NCBI GenBank assembly: GCA_030248215.1
Contig: JASANG010003494.1
Span: 372,001 to 436,000 of the forward strand
DNA length: 64,000 nt
Direction of reading: 5' to 3'
Source of the DNA: Enoplolaimus lenunculus
Lineage: Eukaryota
The notes beneath the pieces are model-generated. The model was given only the letters and a program-made list of their open reading frames with translations. It ran no database searches and was not told where the DNA came from. Every line of letters starts with the position of its first letter. The stretch's first letter is position 1. The translations under genes were made by a program, and so were the position numbers. Shown piece after piece: positions 12,901 through 25,500 of this stretch.

Positions 12901-15900
12901 CTCACCTTAGCTAAACTGCAATAACGTCTGAACAAATCTTTGTCCCTAAAATTATGTGAAAATTTACTGAACCAAGCAATAAATTATTGACACATGAAAT
13001 ATTGGGAACCCATTGCAGTCATTAGCTTCTGACGCTGCATGTCATGTTCCATTTGAGCTTGATTTCGATCAACGATTGTAAACAAGCATATTTAAGCTAG
13101 TTTTGCAATAGGGCATCGATTGTTAACGACTTAACGTACTCCTGCTTTCTATATACGGTAGGCTGCTGGTTAATGTTTCACTAACTGAAATACACTTAAA
13201 AATCTAACATAGCAATTAACTTTAATACTTTATTAAACGTATACTTTTATGCAACAACAGTGGTCGCGGTAAAAAATTAAAAATCCCGCTGCAATTTTGG
13301 TATATTAATATACGATCGCAATCAACATAGTTGACAAATTGATGTAATATTCGACGAGTTTATAAATCATAAATCATCTTCTTCAGATTCGCATCAATTC
13401 TGGGAAGCGACGGGTTAATTTTTCCAAACTCTTCTCGCTGCCGTACGCATAAATTTAAGCAAGCTGTTAGCATTTCCAATTTTACGCTTGTTTTATTCCG
13501 TGCGGAATAGCTCGAACTTTGGGCAAAACTAGTCCAGTACTTTTGCTCAGGAATCAAAATAGTTTGAATACTGTATCACTCAAAGACGTCATATACCAAA
13601 TAACACTATTTCTGCGTTGAAACAGTGGAACCGCAATCTTGCTTAGCCATAATCGAGGCTCGTGAAACTGTTTTGCACCGGCATCGTTGGTCCACGTACC
13701 AACGTCTTCACACTTAACAATTAAGCTTAAAACAGGAAAACGTGTAAGTTACGTTTAGGATAGCGTCAAAAATTAAATAGTTGATTTGCCACTGATAAAG
13801 ATATATAACACATTTGCAGTGACACAAACAGAATAAAAATTCCATAAGTTTATTATAATATGAAAATGTGTAACTTTCGTTTTGTATAGTGTAAAAAATT
13901 AGATTCTCTTGTTACAGTACTATAGCACATCTTTACGAAAAGTGGTCACCAGATGCTGACTTGTGCACCACCATAACTAAGTTATCAAAACTTCCGATGT
14001 TTCTTATTTTCTTCATCTCATGCTCTACTACATGATATATTGAATCAGCCTACATAAACATGTGCCCTCTTTCGAGATATTCTAAAGCGATCACTTTCGC
14101 TGCCAACTCATTTCTGTCCAGTTTTATTTTGGCCACTGCAATTGTCTAACCACAGAATGAAACGTTTCACTTCTTTATAGTTTATATTTAACTAAAAAAT
14201 TTCCAGAAAGCCCTCGTAATGTCAGGGGCTTGACGTGGTAGGGTTTCATGTTTCATTTTGTGCGGTGCGCCATGTCTTCACATTCATTTCTGAGAGATGC
14301 CAAGATAATGTTCATATTGCTTGTAGTTCTGCGATATGCTTCGTAACAATCATTCTATCCAGTTGTTGCTTTATAATTTTGCCACATTTGACTAATTGAT
14401 AAGTCGGACGGCAAATATAACCGTTTCGGCGCATGTTCTTTGAGTAACGGCCAATTGAAGGGCTGAAGATCAATATGTGTTTTTATTAACTCTGCATCCG
14501 TGTTTATTTTGCAAGGTGATTTCCTACGCCCGCCTCCGACTGGAGACATTTTGTTCGGATCAACAAATTTATGAGCATAGAACACCACCTTACTGCTACC
14601 AAAACCAAGTGTGGAACGGAAGAACCATTTATATGCCTGGCACACCGTTCCTTAAGATTGTTTAAGCGGCCAAATTAGCGTATCGTTTCAACGAGAATGA
14701 TTTGTTTCTATATATCTCTTCTTCGGTGCCCACATCACTCTGTCGCTCGTGCGATTTAGGTTGTTCGTTAACTAACTCGCGTAATAACGCGTTTTGATCC
14801 ACAGTTGCATTTCAGTAAACCTGGTATAGTTAATCAGTCTTCTTGTGTCATACGATTTTGACATTGGTGAACACGATAGCAGGAAATGTCATCCATTGGA
14901 TGTTCTTCGTTTGTTCCAAAATTGACATTTTGCGGACGCCTTTTTGGTAAAAAGCACATGTGGATTCGTGGGCTTGAGGAGCGTCATTTTCATGAGATCG
15001 TTGTTCGTTTTCATCAAATTGAGGATTTTCGTCCAATTAGGCAGAAGTTTCATAAAACTGAGCAGGATTTTTGTCAAACTGAGCAGGATGTTCCATTCTC
15101 GTAATTTGAGTAGGATTCAGACGAAACTGACCGTGATTGTCATCCAACAGAACATAATTTGCAACCGAGTGATTTTTGTTTTCATGAGTTGTAGCACGAG
15201 ATAACAATTTGTTTGTGAAATGTCCAGCGGAATAAACGACGTCCACGATATAACGCGCTGTTCGAACTTTAGTGCATTAGTAGTTTCGTTGAATACGTGT
15301 TGTTAGTGCCATTTAAAAGTCAATTTACTGTTGCTATGCAACAGAAATCAATTTTGAAATATAAAACAACCAATTGTTGGTCTGTCATCAATCGACGAAG
15401 GTAGCTTTACAATACTGCGCCTGGAATCGTTACAAAAAGATACATATAATATGCATTAATGATTTGTGTGATCAGAACATCATCAGTCTTAAAAAGTCAC
15501 TGAAATGAAGCGTTGCGTGGGAAAACATAGGCAAAGCTGGAGAAAAATCAATTTAATATCGTTAAAAACACTTGCTATAACGGCTACCTAACTATTTACT
15601 AAAAAGGACGAAACTTCAGAGTAAAATTAGAAGACGATAAATAGATAGATATTTTAGTACTGACGCTGAGCAACACCTAAACGGGTAGGCTCAGGAAATT
15701 CTTCTGTCATGTGCCCCCGTGTTTGTGAAGCAGGGCTTACTGCTTTCCAGCTGCCAGCTATAACCTGAATTAAACAGAAACAAAGGTTAACAAAGCAAAC
15801 CATCAAAAGAATAAATAGATAAATAACCCAAGATATATTACAAACAAGAAACATTACAATTAGGTTACATGACAATAATCACCTATGCAAAATCAATATA

Positions 15901-18900
15901 ATTTAGCCTTATGCTATAGTTCACATGTTGCGGTCGTACTTTAAGGAAGAAATCATCCTTTTTGTGATGTAATTTGTGTAAAAAATTACATAACTTCAAA
16001 ACCAGCAGGGGTTACGCCTTTTTTGACATTTTTACATAAATATTAGTTCTTTTTGTTGTGAATTTTTAATTACACTACTACGAATGCCGGCAAGCATACT
16101 ACACAATGTGCATTGCACATATATTGCGTATGCACCAGGGCAAACATGTCTCACATGCTTATATGCCCCAATTTTCAACAACGCCGCACCTTGACCATCC
16201 ACCCTATTTTCGACTGGATACCGTGTTCATAGTGGAGCAATTTACCATTGCGTCCACGGAGTAGCTCCCGTGTCGGTCTAGGTAGGAACCGGGACTTCAC
16301 ACATTTTCACTAATCATCTGGAAAAGCGGGCTTCCAGAGCGGGGATCAAACCCTCAGCCTACGGATTTTTAAGCGAACACCCTACTACTGCGTCACACAG
16401 TCCGCTTCTCCAACCGCTTTTCTCGTTGACCATATGTCGACAACAGAGCATTGCATATATACTGAATATGCACCAGGGCAAGCAAACGGTCTACACAGCT
16501 GTGATGGACGACAGACAGACAGACAGATGAAAGTTTATTCATCAAGACATGTATATTGCATAGGCTATTACGCACAGTAGAAATGCGTATTTAAAGGAAT
16601 AAACTTTAATTAAGCAAAAAGGGGGTAGGCAACCTTACTTATATTTGCTCATCTTACGTTAAAGATTGCGGTCGAATGAAAGAAAACTGGTTAGCTTAGT
16701 GTGTCTTAAGAGATTGCTAAAATTTTTAGCATTTGAAGCCTTTATTAATGGCAACTGATCTACATGACTTGGAAGCGAGTTCCACACTGGTACGGTCCGT
16801 ACAAAATAGCTAAAGCGACGTGGATTTGAACGCGATTTAGGCATTCTTAATTTAAAAGTATGGCCTCTATTATGGTCATTTAGGGAAATAAAGCAAAATT
16901 TCTAGCCTCTAGAACAATATCATGATACAGTAGCTTATAAAATAGTACCAAATCAGTCTTTAGTCTCCTTCGTTCCAACGGTTCAAGACCAAAAATACGT
17001 TATCTGTCCCTATATACAGTATACTATTTTGAAACGATTTGCTATTTTTTTGTGAAGGATCTTTGGACACTTTCACTTTTGTCAATATCACTGAGAATAT
17101 AAGGCGACCAAACGGGGAACAACACTCAAGCAGTGGCAAAACATGACTTATATATGCCCTTAAAAATTCATTTTGGTTAGCAACTAAAGGGTTTTCCAAA
17201 GGGATATTTATATATATTCAAATCATCAGCAAAAAGTTTCAGTTTGACTCCTTCCACTGGTCTGGCTATGTCATTTATATAAACAAGAAACAGAAAGGGT
17301 CCTAATACGGATCCTTGGGGAACACCAGATAAAACATTAGTATGATTAGAATACTGCTCATTTACCTTAACGCGCTGAGTTCTGCCATTTAAGAACGACT
17401 GTATCCACGCTAGCAGCAGATCCGAGACACCGTATGATCTTAATTTAGCAATAAGCTTACTGTGAACAACAGTATCAAATGCTTTAGCAAAATCTACAAA
17501 AACAGCATCAATACCTACCATAGTTTTACTGTCGAGACAACAGGTCACATCATCAACAAAATGCGACATTTGAGTACAAGTGGAAACCCGGGAAAGAAAG
17601 CCATGTTGTTCGAAAGAGATTAGAATATTTTCTGTGAAGTAATGAGTCAAAGCGTCCTTCTATTATACTTTCCATAACTCTACATGCAACACAAGTAAGC
17701 AAAATAGGACGATAATTACAGACATGGCTTGTTAGCCCTTTTTTATAAATAGGCGAAACATCGGACGACAGCCAAATACTCGGTAATTTGGATGTAGTAA
17801 ACGACTTGTTAAAAATAACATACAACGGGTAAGTTAGTTCTTTTGCTAATTGTTTTAGAATGAAAGCGGAAACATTGTCAGGGGTGTGGCTCATTTTTGC
17901 AGAAATTTTACTTAAAGCCCGAAAGACAAGATCAGGTGTGAAAATAACATTACTAAGATATGTTGTAGTCAGAGCAAAATAAGGCGGAATGATATGGTTG
18001 TCACGGCTCAAAACAGAACTAAAGGAATTATTAAACATGTGACATTTTTCTTGATCGTTTATAACAACATTTCCCGAATCGTCAGCTAAGGCAGGAACGG
18101 ATGCAAATCCCTTTAATTTAGAGTTAAAAAAATTTGTAAATCGTGTAGACAGATTCGCTGTTTCGAGACCGCCGCTCACAAGAGCGCCGGTACTTATATC
18201 ACAAATCCTTACATTTCTTGGCTTGGTTTTGTACTGTTCCAGGAACGACACTGTCTCTGCGGCGCCATAAGTAACGTTGGTGACTAAGTGCCCTAACAAT
18301 ATAAGGAGGGTATATTACCGTTTTACTAGTTGTGGACTTAGACACTGGGGTATATTCTGACACAATGCTTGTAAGTGTGTTACAAAACATCGAGTACATA
18401 CAATCAAAATCAAAATCACTTAATAAGCAATCCCAGCACTTCGTTTTCGAACCTCCTCGTCATGAATCTGTTTGATGTCGGAGGCCGTAATTGCATTGAC
18501 ATTTTTAGCAGCAATACTGGCATATGTAGATTTTGAGGATAATGATTGATCAGGAATTTCAGAAATACACGGTTCAGGTGGTTGGAGAAATGAAATCAGT
18601 TTCTCTAGCTTAGAATCAATGTTTGATACAATATCAAATTGAGGCTTGTTCGGAACATCATCAGGCTTTGCTGACAGGTTTTTAGCAACTGTCAAGCAAG
18701 ATTGACAACACACGAGTACATGATCACTAGCAAGCGCTTGAGCGTCACCAGCAATGAAGATGCAGCTATAATGCATCCAACAACGACAAAGTTCACATTG
18801 GGACCAACTGATGTGAAAGGATCATTACAAACGGAACAGTGAGATAAGCTATCGCCGTCCGACTGCTGGGAGCTTTCTGTAGAGCGATTGATACGAGGCA

Positions 18901-19249
18901 CAGGCGCATAAAGACAACACTCGACGTATTCCACCTCTTCCTATTCGTAATGTGTTATTCCTAGCGTATGTAATTACTAAATAAATTTTATTCGTTTGGC
19001 TTACTAAATAAATTTTATTTGTTTGGTTTACTAAATTTTAAATCAAATGTTAGTTTTGATCTCTGTTGGGGGTGGTAGGAGTTAGGTTGGCGCCTTAAAT
19101 CCGCCAGTACTTCTATGCTAACATTCTTACCTCTCTTTATTCTGAGCATAGCGTACAACTGCACTTGCACATGCAATGCCAAATAACGTTTTCTTCCAAT
19201 GCGTTCGTATTCCAGTCGCAATGTTTGTAACAGTTCTTACTACTACCAT
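6904..19249 (-). CDS. AGK: Acylglycerol kinase, mitochondrial (14 coding exons, 469 aa)
   Basis: Exons (minus): 19131-19249, 12906-12945, 12383-12462, 12013-12088, 11529-11627, 10902-10976, 10517-10599, 10330-10399, 9820-9957, 8991-9132, 8557-8660, 8145-8212, 7516-7705, 6904-7029. All are GT-AG and phase-compatible, total 1410 nt. The protein has RTHWKKTLFG, VTAIVNPLA, LFEKYGMPILTLAGLDV, VVGGDGS, LPIGMFPGG, KYWYWAGLK, CSGCSKC and IEIDG...VNVLP, diagnostic of AGK. Confidence 0.95.
13500..14900 (-). mobile_element. Degenerate DNA transposase remnant, Sola-like, in AGK intron 1
   Basis: Fragments broken by stops and frameshifts: KWFFRSTLG, EHAPKRLYLPSDLSISQMW, HETLPRQAPDITRAFWKF, ILWLDNCSGQNK (~14125-14160), YLERGHMFM*ADSIYHVVE (~14025-14080). 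These match the DNCxGQNK and GHTxMxxDS motifs of Sola-type DDE transposases. Boundaries are approximate. Confidence 0.75.
16082..16490 (-). mobile_element. tRNA-derived SINE-like element with internal tRNA cassette and terminal direct repeat
   Basis: Reverse complement is homologous to the 360-bp units at 20529-21137 (shared GTCCCGGTTCCTACC, GCAATGGTAAATTG, CACGGTATCC.GTCGAAAATAGG). TGCACCAGGGCAA recurs at 16131 and 16469. Degenerate A/B boxes at ~16340-16405. Confidence 0.75.
16505..18950 (-). mobile_element. Decayed CR1-clade non-LTR retrotransposon (ORF1 fragment plus frameshifted RT ORF2)
   Basis: RT motifs NYRPILLTCVACRVMESII, QHGF, VDFAKAFDTVVH, SGVPQGSVLGPFLFLVYIND, LFADDL. CR1-type C-terminus RGHTFKL...RTVPVWNSLP. 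Cys-rich PHD-like ORF1 pieces (CSVCND, HYSC, CCQSC) at 18420-18934. 3' AATAAA followed by a (CTGT)n tail at ~16508-16540. Confidence 0.92.
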
Positions 19250-20528
19250 TGTAATAATGCACGAACAAACAGACGCACCTATAGTCTATAAATTATAGTT
19301 CTGACCCATTACGTGCATATACCAAAAAGTACACGCACACTCACACAGGCTATCACAGGCCTGCAGCCAGCTCACCTTGCTAGGGGGGGCTAAAAAATTT
19401 TCAGGAGGGACATTCATGGGTTTTCAACGACTACTTACCAGCAAGGGTGAAAATTTTCTAGGGACGGGACAAAATTTTTTCAAAGGGGCTACGCCGCCGT
19501 GCCCTCCCCCCCTCTTGGCTACGGCTCAGGAGATCATCATGCAGCAACAGCATTAATATACGTTTGTTCTTTCTTTTACTACAACAAATTCATCTACTAG
19601 CTAGATAATTAAATACATTCCAGGAATAGTCAGGATGTTGAGCAAACATTAATACTTGCGAAAAAAATTTTAATTAGTTGGTAATTTATTGTAAACCGCA
19701 TTTCTATTCACATTGGTTGAGTTCAAAAAAGCGGCCCATATAAAGACGAGGGGCGAGATTTGTTCTGTGGGAGTAGAATAAGATATGCTTGAGCTTTAGC
19801 CTCATGGACTAACTAAACCTAACTAATAGTTCAACATTGTTGCAACAAACCTACCTGTCCTGTTTACATGCTTTGAGATTAAAAATTTTCATTAAGGGCT
19901 TGCATGTGTTTCAAACTACTTTTAAGCAAGCAAGGGTTAACTTTCTAAGACAAGCTATAGACGGTAAATAAGCTTTTTTTAAAAGTTTTTCTGCAGACCA
20001 AACTTGTCAGGAGGTTTTACAGCTCTGAGCACTTTTGGCCAAAAGGGTACAACCAAAATTCCGATTTCGGTTCCGTCATTCTTTCGCCTTTCGGGTCCGG
20101 CTCCGGTTCCCGGTAAATTTTTATTGGAATTAAAATTCTGATATTAACAGATGGTCGGTAGAAGTTAAACATTTTTTAAACCTTGACAATTATCAGAAAT
20201 AAACCATGTCTTACCGATAATTTTCAACCGATGACTGGGTGTCATGGTTAATCAATGAACATTGTATTTACATAGCTAGTTTTGTATTTGGTATCAGCTT
20301 TAGTGTCAAGTAAAAGCAAACGTGTGCGTAATGTCTTGGTCAATCAAAGCCATGACATTGAAAAGTTATAGTAGCTTTCGAAGTGTTATAAACGCCACAT
20401 CAGACTAATATGTTTTCTGCAAAGTGTAGTAAACCTATCATTCGTGAGTGAAAATACATAGTTTCACAGACAACAGTGCGGCTACTAGTCCGACCAAACA
20501 AACTGTTGATTCCGAATTAATACTTAGT

Positions 20529-21137
20529 GTAACCATGTGAGACACGCTTGTCCGTTATGTGCAAATGCAATATAGTGTTGTGCGCTCTAGGAATGCTAGT
20601 TGACAGCATACTGTCGACATATGGTCGACGATAGAAACAGTTGGAGAGGCGAGCTGCGTGGCGCAGTGGTAAGAGCGTCTGTCTGACACACAGTATGTAG
20701 CCAGTTTGAAACCACCCGTAACTGACTTTTCCAGCAGCTTAGTATAAAAGTCTGAATCCCGGTTCCTACCTAGACTGCAATGGGGGCTAATCTGTGGATG
20801 CAATGGTAAATTGTCGTGCTTAGAACACGGTATCCGGTCGAAAATAGGTTAGACGGTCAAGGGACGACCTTATTGAAAATGAGGGTATGTAACCATGTGA
20901 GACATGCTTGTCCGTTATGTGTGCATGCAATATAGTGCGGTGCACTGTATGTATGCTAGCTGGCAGCATACGGTTGAGATATAGTCGACGATAGAAACAT
21001 TTGGAGAGGCGGGCTACTTGGCGCAGTGGTAACAGCGTCTGCCTGACACGCATTATGTTGCCAGTTCGAAACCACCTGTAACCCTTTTTTCCAGCTGCTT
21101 AGTAGACAGGTCTGAAGTCCCGGTTCCTACCGAGACT
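20529..21137 (+). mobile_element. Tandem (~1.7 copies, 360-bp period) tRNA-Val-derived SINE-like element
   Basis: GTAACCATGTGAGAC at 20529 and 20889. tRNA-like segments at ~20651-20724 and ~21011-21083 have A box TGGCGCAGTGGT, a CTGACAC anticodon loop and B box GTT(C/T)GAAACC. The T-stem does not pair, so these are not functional tRNAs. Confidence 0.8.
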
Positions 21138-21484
21138 GTCACTTTGAGTTGGTCCGTCAGTGCGAGGTGTATAATTCCAGAGAAAAACATGACATGTAAA
21201 TATTGGCACAAAGAGGGGAATATGGACTGAATTGGCAGAAATTGTAAAGCGCATAATAACGAGCGCATTAAATTTGCTAGGAAAATGCGGATGATAAAGC
21301 ACAACAATGTAATAGAGAAATTTAGTCTGAAGTAGTACGTACAAGTTTTAGAGAATTTGGCAGGAAACAATAGAACAGAACTATATTGGCACTCGACAGG
21401 GCAGTATGACAAGAATAATACCAGTCGTAGTGGGACTACATTTATTGAGCGAAGCTTGAACACACTTGTCTTGTCAATTAAGGT

Positions 21485-22230
21485 AATATGCAAATTAGGT
21501 ATTAGCTAACTATTCGATTACCGGTTTTGACGGATTTTAGACAATTTATTCAGATTCTTCGCACCCAAAAACCCATTATTGCTGAAATTAGATTGCTCGT
21601 AACTAGGGGTGTGCTGATACCAAAATTTTTGCCGATGCCGATTCCAACTTTAGTACACCATGCTTCAAAAACAGATAGGATACTACATTATATCATTATA
21701 TGAAGTCTTAAACCCTGCCCATCATAAACGATTATAACTTTAGACGAACGGTTCATTTCAATTAAATTTTTCAAACACAAACGCAAGAAAGATATTAGTT
21801 TTCCTTACCGTACACACTGATAGGCGCCCAGAAATAAAATTGATAGCATTCAAACTGACTGTTATGTGCAAAAAGTATCGGCAAAGAATCGGCAAATTTT
21901 TTGCAGTGCAGATGCCGATGCCGATACTCACAAAAACTGCCGATTGTTACCGATGCCGATTAATCGGCACATCCCTACTCATAACCCTAATAATTCGTGA
22001 AATATTGTAAAAAATGTCTAATTTAGGCTTATCAATTATGCTTATATGCAAATTGTCTGTTAGCTAGCTACTCAATTATCGGTTTTGGAGGTTTGTAAAC
22101 AATTTATTCAAATTTCTTGCACCTAAAAACCTTTAGTGCTGAAATTGGATTGCTTCTAACTGTAATAATTAGTAAAATATTGTAGAAAGTCCTAATTTAA
22201 GGTTTAATTAATTATACAAATTAGCTTGCA
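21485..22230. repeat. ~180-bp diverged tandem repeat (about two units), split by the hAT-like MITE
   Basis: ATATGCAAATT..TTAGCTA..CGGTTTTG..ACAATTTATTCA..GCTGAAATT.GATTGCT recurs at ~21487 and ~22044. Confidence 0.7.
21604..21977. mobile_element. hAT-like MITE (TAGGG termini) with 8-bp TSD
   Basis: TIR TAGGGGTGTGCTGAT / ATCGGCACATCCCTA; flanks CTCGTAAC / CTCATAAC (7/8); internal GCCGAT repeats. It interrupts a ~180-bp tandem repeat. Confidence 0.85.
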
Positions 22231-22557
22231 GCTAATAAACCGCTTAAAATTTTAAAACTCCAATGCGAGATTAACACCCCAGGATACCTGGCTTCAAACA
22301 AAAAAGTTTAAATCCGTTCCTGAGATTCTTTCCGGACGGAAATGTGGACGGAATCCACCTTTCGTACCCAAAGTACAAGACATAAAACGCTTCGCGAAAC
22401 TTCGCTCAATAACAATCAAGTATATGTATATATACAATTCATGCAACCTTGCCAAATTTCCTTAGTTTCTTTAAAATAAACGTATACATATAACAAACTT
22501 AAAATCTGAACTAGAAAACGTAAATACGTCTTCGTGTTCAACTACAGCAGATAAGAC

Positions 22558-25500
22558 ATGGATATTGTATCACAGCAAGAATTTAAAGCTTTCTGCGATC
22601 AAAATGCAAGGTTCGTTATTGACGACTGTTTTTATTTCAAAACATTTTTTTGAACATTAAATGCAAGTTGTCGCGATTTTTCAAATTTACGAACGAGCTC
22701 ATTGTGAATAATTCTTGACTATAAACCACAATTTGGTTTATGTTTTTATTTTAAGCTATGTATATACATACGTAATAGATAGGTATACACTTTATGAACA
22801 TGCCTTTGGCGTTTCCTAATACCGAAGCCTGGTCGGATTTAACAAACACACAAGCACGTTTACTAAATAGGCATATATAGTTATTAAGCACACATTATGA
22901 AATTTTAACTTCATAATATTATTTCAAGTTCTTAATACCATTACTAAATCGCATTTAATCTTCGCAATCAAGTAGTTCAAGATCGCATATTTTACGTTAG
23001 AGGGCTGTGCCCGCGTCTTATCAGAAATTATTGTATTGGTTAATGCCTTTATAATGTGTTATTCATTTCAGCAGTGTCATCCTTGTACATTTCTTAGCAT
23101 CTTCGTTCTCCGACGCTGCTGGACCTATGAAACAGTTCATCGACGATTTGTCGAAAGACCCTGAATGCCAGTCATTGAGATTTTGCAATGCACGTTTAAC
23201 TTATATTTCTGTGTATAATTACGTGTTTGCTTGTCCTGGTCATAATTATTTTAGCACATCTTCATATATACGTTATGAAACTAAGATTTCTGAAATATTA
23301 GTTCGCCTACAATTGCAATAAGTTCTTTCAAGTCACTTACAAACGGTATTTTTTCATCAGCCGTTAGCTGGTCTGTGGATAGTTCTTATCCACGTGTTTC
23401 TCTCATATGCCATCTTATTCTCTAAAACCCATCATCACCCACTTGTGTCTTCCACCATATCATTCCAACCTGCCAGGCGATTTTAGCTCAAGTCCACTAA
23501 CGGGAGTCTTTGAAACAAACCCCTCTGACTGCAAGGCAGTCGGGGATGAGTTATATTATATAGACGTCTCACACTCGCTTTTCATCGGAGGTTTTTCATT
23601 GGAGAACGGTCTGTGCGACGGGAACGCGAAGACTTGACATGAGGAGGTTCAATTTACTGTTGTTGGTATGTATTATTTATTTCATTTTAGATTGATGCTG
23701 AAAAATTACCTGATGTAGCGAAAAATTACGGAGTTCGATCAGTGCCGACATTTGTTTTTATTAAGGTGAGCTTGAAATGTTTTGTAAAAAGAATCGTGAA
23801 GCGAAATAATCAAGATTTTAACCGCAAAAATTATGGGCGATTTCAGTTTCAGCTCTTTTGATTTTAGCGCGATAATATTTTACATCGAATCGAGGGTGCG
23901 TGGCCTGCTGACGTTACGAAGCGGGCTAAACTGTATGGTTCAGGCCTTGGAGACATCATTGGTGAATCTGTGGTAATAACTAATGGTGAAAGCACAAGCT
24001 CTAGTGCCATCAGTGCGCCTGAAAGCAAACATGTAAGCAGTTTAAATGTATCTTTGAGTAGGGATGTGTGGTCTCGGTCAATTCTTTCATCACCGCAAAA
24101 ATTAAAATTTTCAAAATAGATTATTTCTAATAGGTTTTTCGTAGTTTTTTTGTGTTTTTCAGAATATATACTCATAATTATTGCGCAAATACGAAAATTC
24201 ATAGGATCACAGCGAAATTTTATTCATTAGAAATCATTTACTTCAACAATGCACCCATACATTTGGTGAATCCGTGACTTCTGGTCTCGGTTCCAATCCA
24301 CCAAGACTAAAAAACCGATGCCGAGACTGAGACCTGCCATATACCGAGAGCGAGACTCTCGTCCCTATAAATGAGTTTAGTGTATGTATATGTATATATA
24401 CGTTTATCCGGCTTCCGGCGAGCGTGTAATGCTGGAATATGGTCATAACACAAGCTTTCATTCTAATTTCAAGGTCAGTATTTTGGGAGCTTCAGACATT
24501 GGACTACTTTGCGTGTCTCATACAATTGTGTTAAAATAATGTCCTCCTATAGTTATATACTTATTTTCGTAAGTAATTATGTAATTGAACAAATTTATTT
24601 CTACACCTCTACTGTCACCCATTTTGACCTTCAGTTTTTGAAACTTTTTTCAACGACCTTAAGCAAGGCACCTAAAATTCTTTCCAAACGGTTTTAGGCG
24701 CTTAACGCTCGGTTAAAGAAATTAATCAATCAGTCAAAGTGCATGTTATTTATGAAAGGTTCACCGACAGATCCAAAGTGCGGTGAGCGCCTTTTTCTTT
24801 AATGTCGTAACATTTCATATTTTTGTATTTTTACGTGTAGTGATCGATCCTCAAAATCAGTGCAAAATTTTTAGTCTTAAATTATTAATAGCATTGTCTG
24901 TGTATACTTGTGTTAACTTGATTTAAATAAAAACGTTATTTTATGCTGTTTGCTTTTAGGATTTTCACGTACCATAATCGGCCTGTTAGAAGAACAAAAT
25001 GCTGAATACGATTATTTTGACATTTTGAAGGACGAAAAAGTGCGGCAAGGTCAGCAATTTAGATATCGCGTACGTATATACCAGAAAACGTTAACCGATA
25101 CTTTGAAATGTCTTTGGTGGTCACAAATCATCTGTAGCGTAAAGTTTAAACGATATTTTTAAAGGTCTTGTAGCATTAGAACCAGTATCTTTAGACATAT
25201 ATTCAGCATCCGCTTTTGCAGCAGGTTCAGGTTCGCCCAGTTGTGACGTATATGGACATCCACATTCTTAGTGAGTCTTAGGCAACCTATAATTGCTGTT
25301 CAATTTTTATTCAATTTTTATTCATATCAAAATTCCGGTTACGCCTCGGTTGTCTTGTCAGATATTCTCGAAATTGCTCTGAATGCTTTTTAGGTTTGAA
25401 AGAATATTCAGATTGGCCTACCTACCCACAGCTATACATTGATGGTGAGCTTATCGGTGGATTAGATATTATCAAAGAAATGTTAGAAAGTGGCGAGTTA

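Noticed and set aside
20651..21083. Two apparent tRNA-Val genes
   Set aside because: T-stems cannot pair and both sit in repeated 360-bp units; treated as tRNA-derived repeats.
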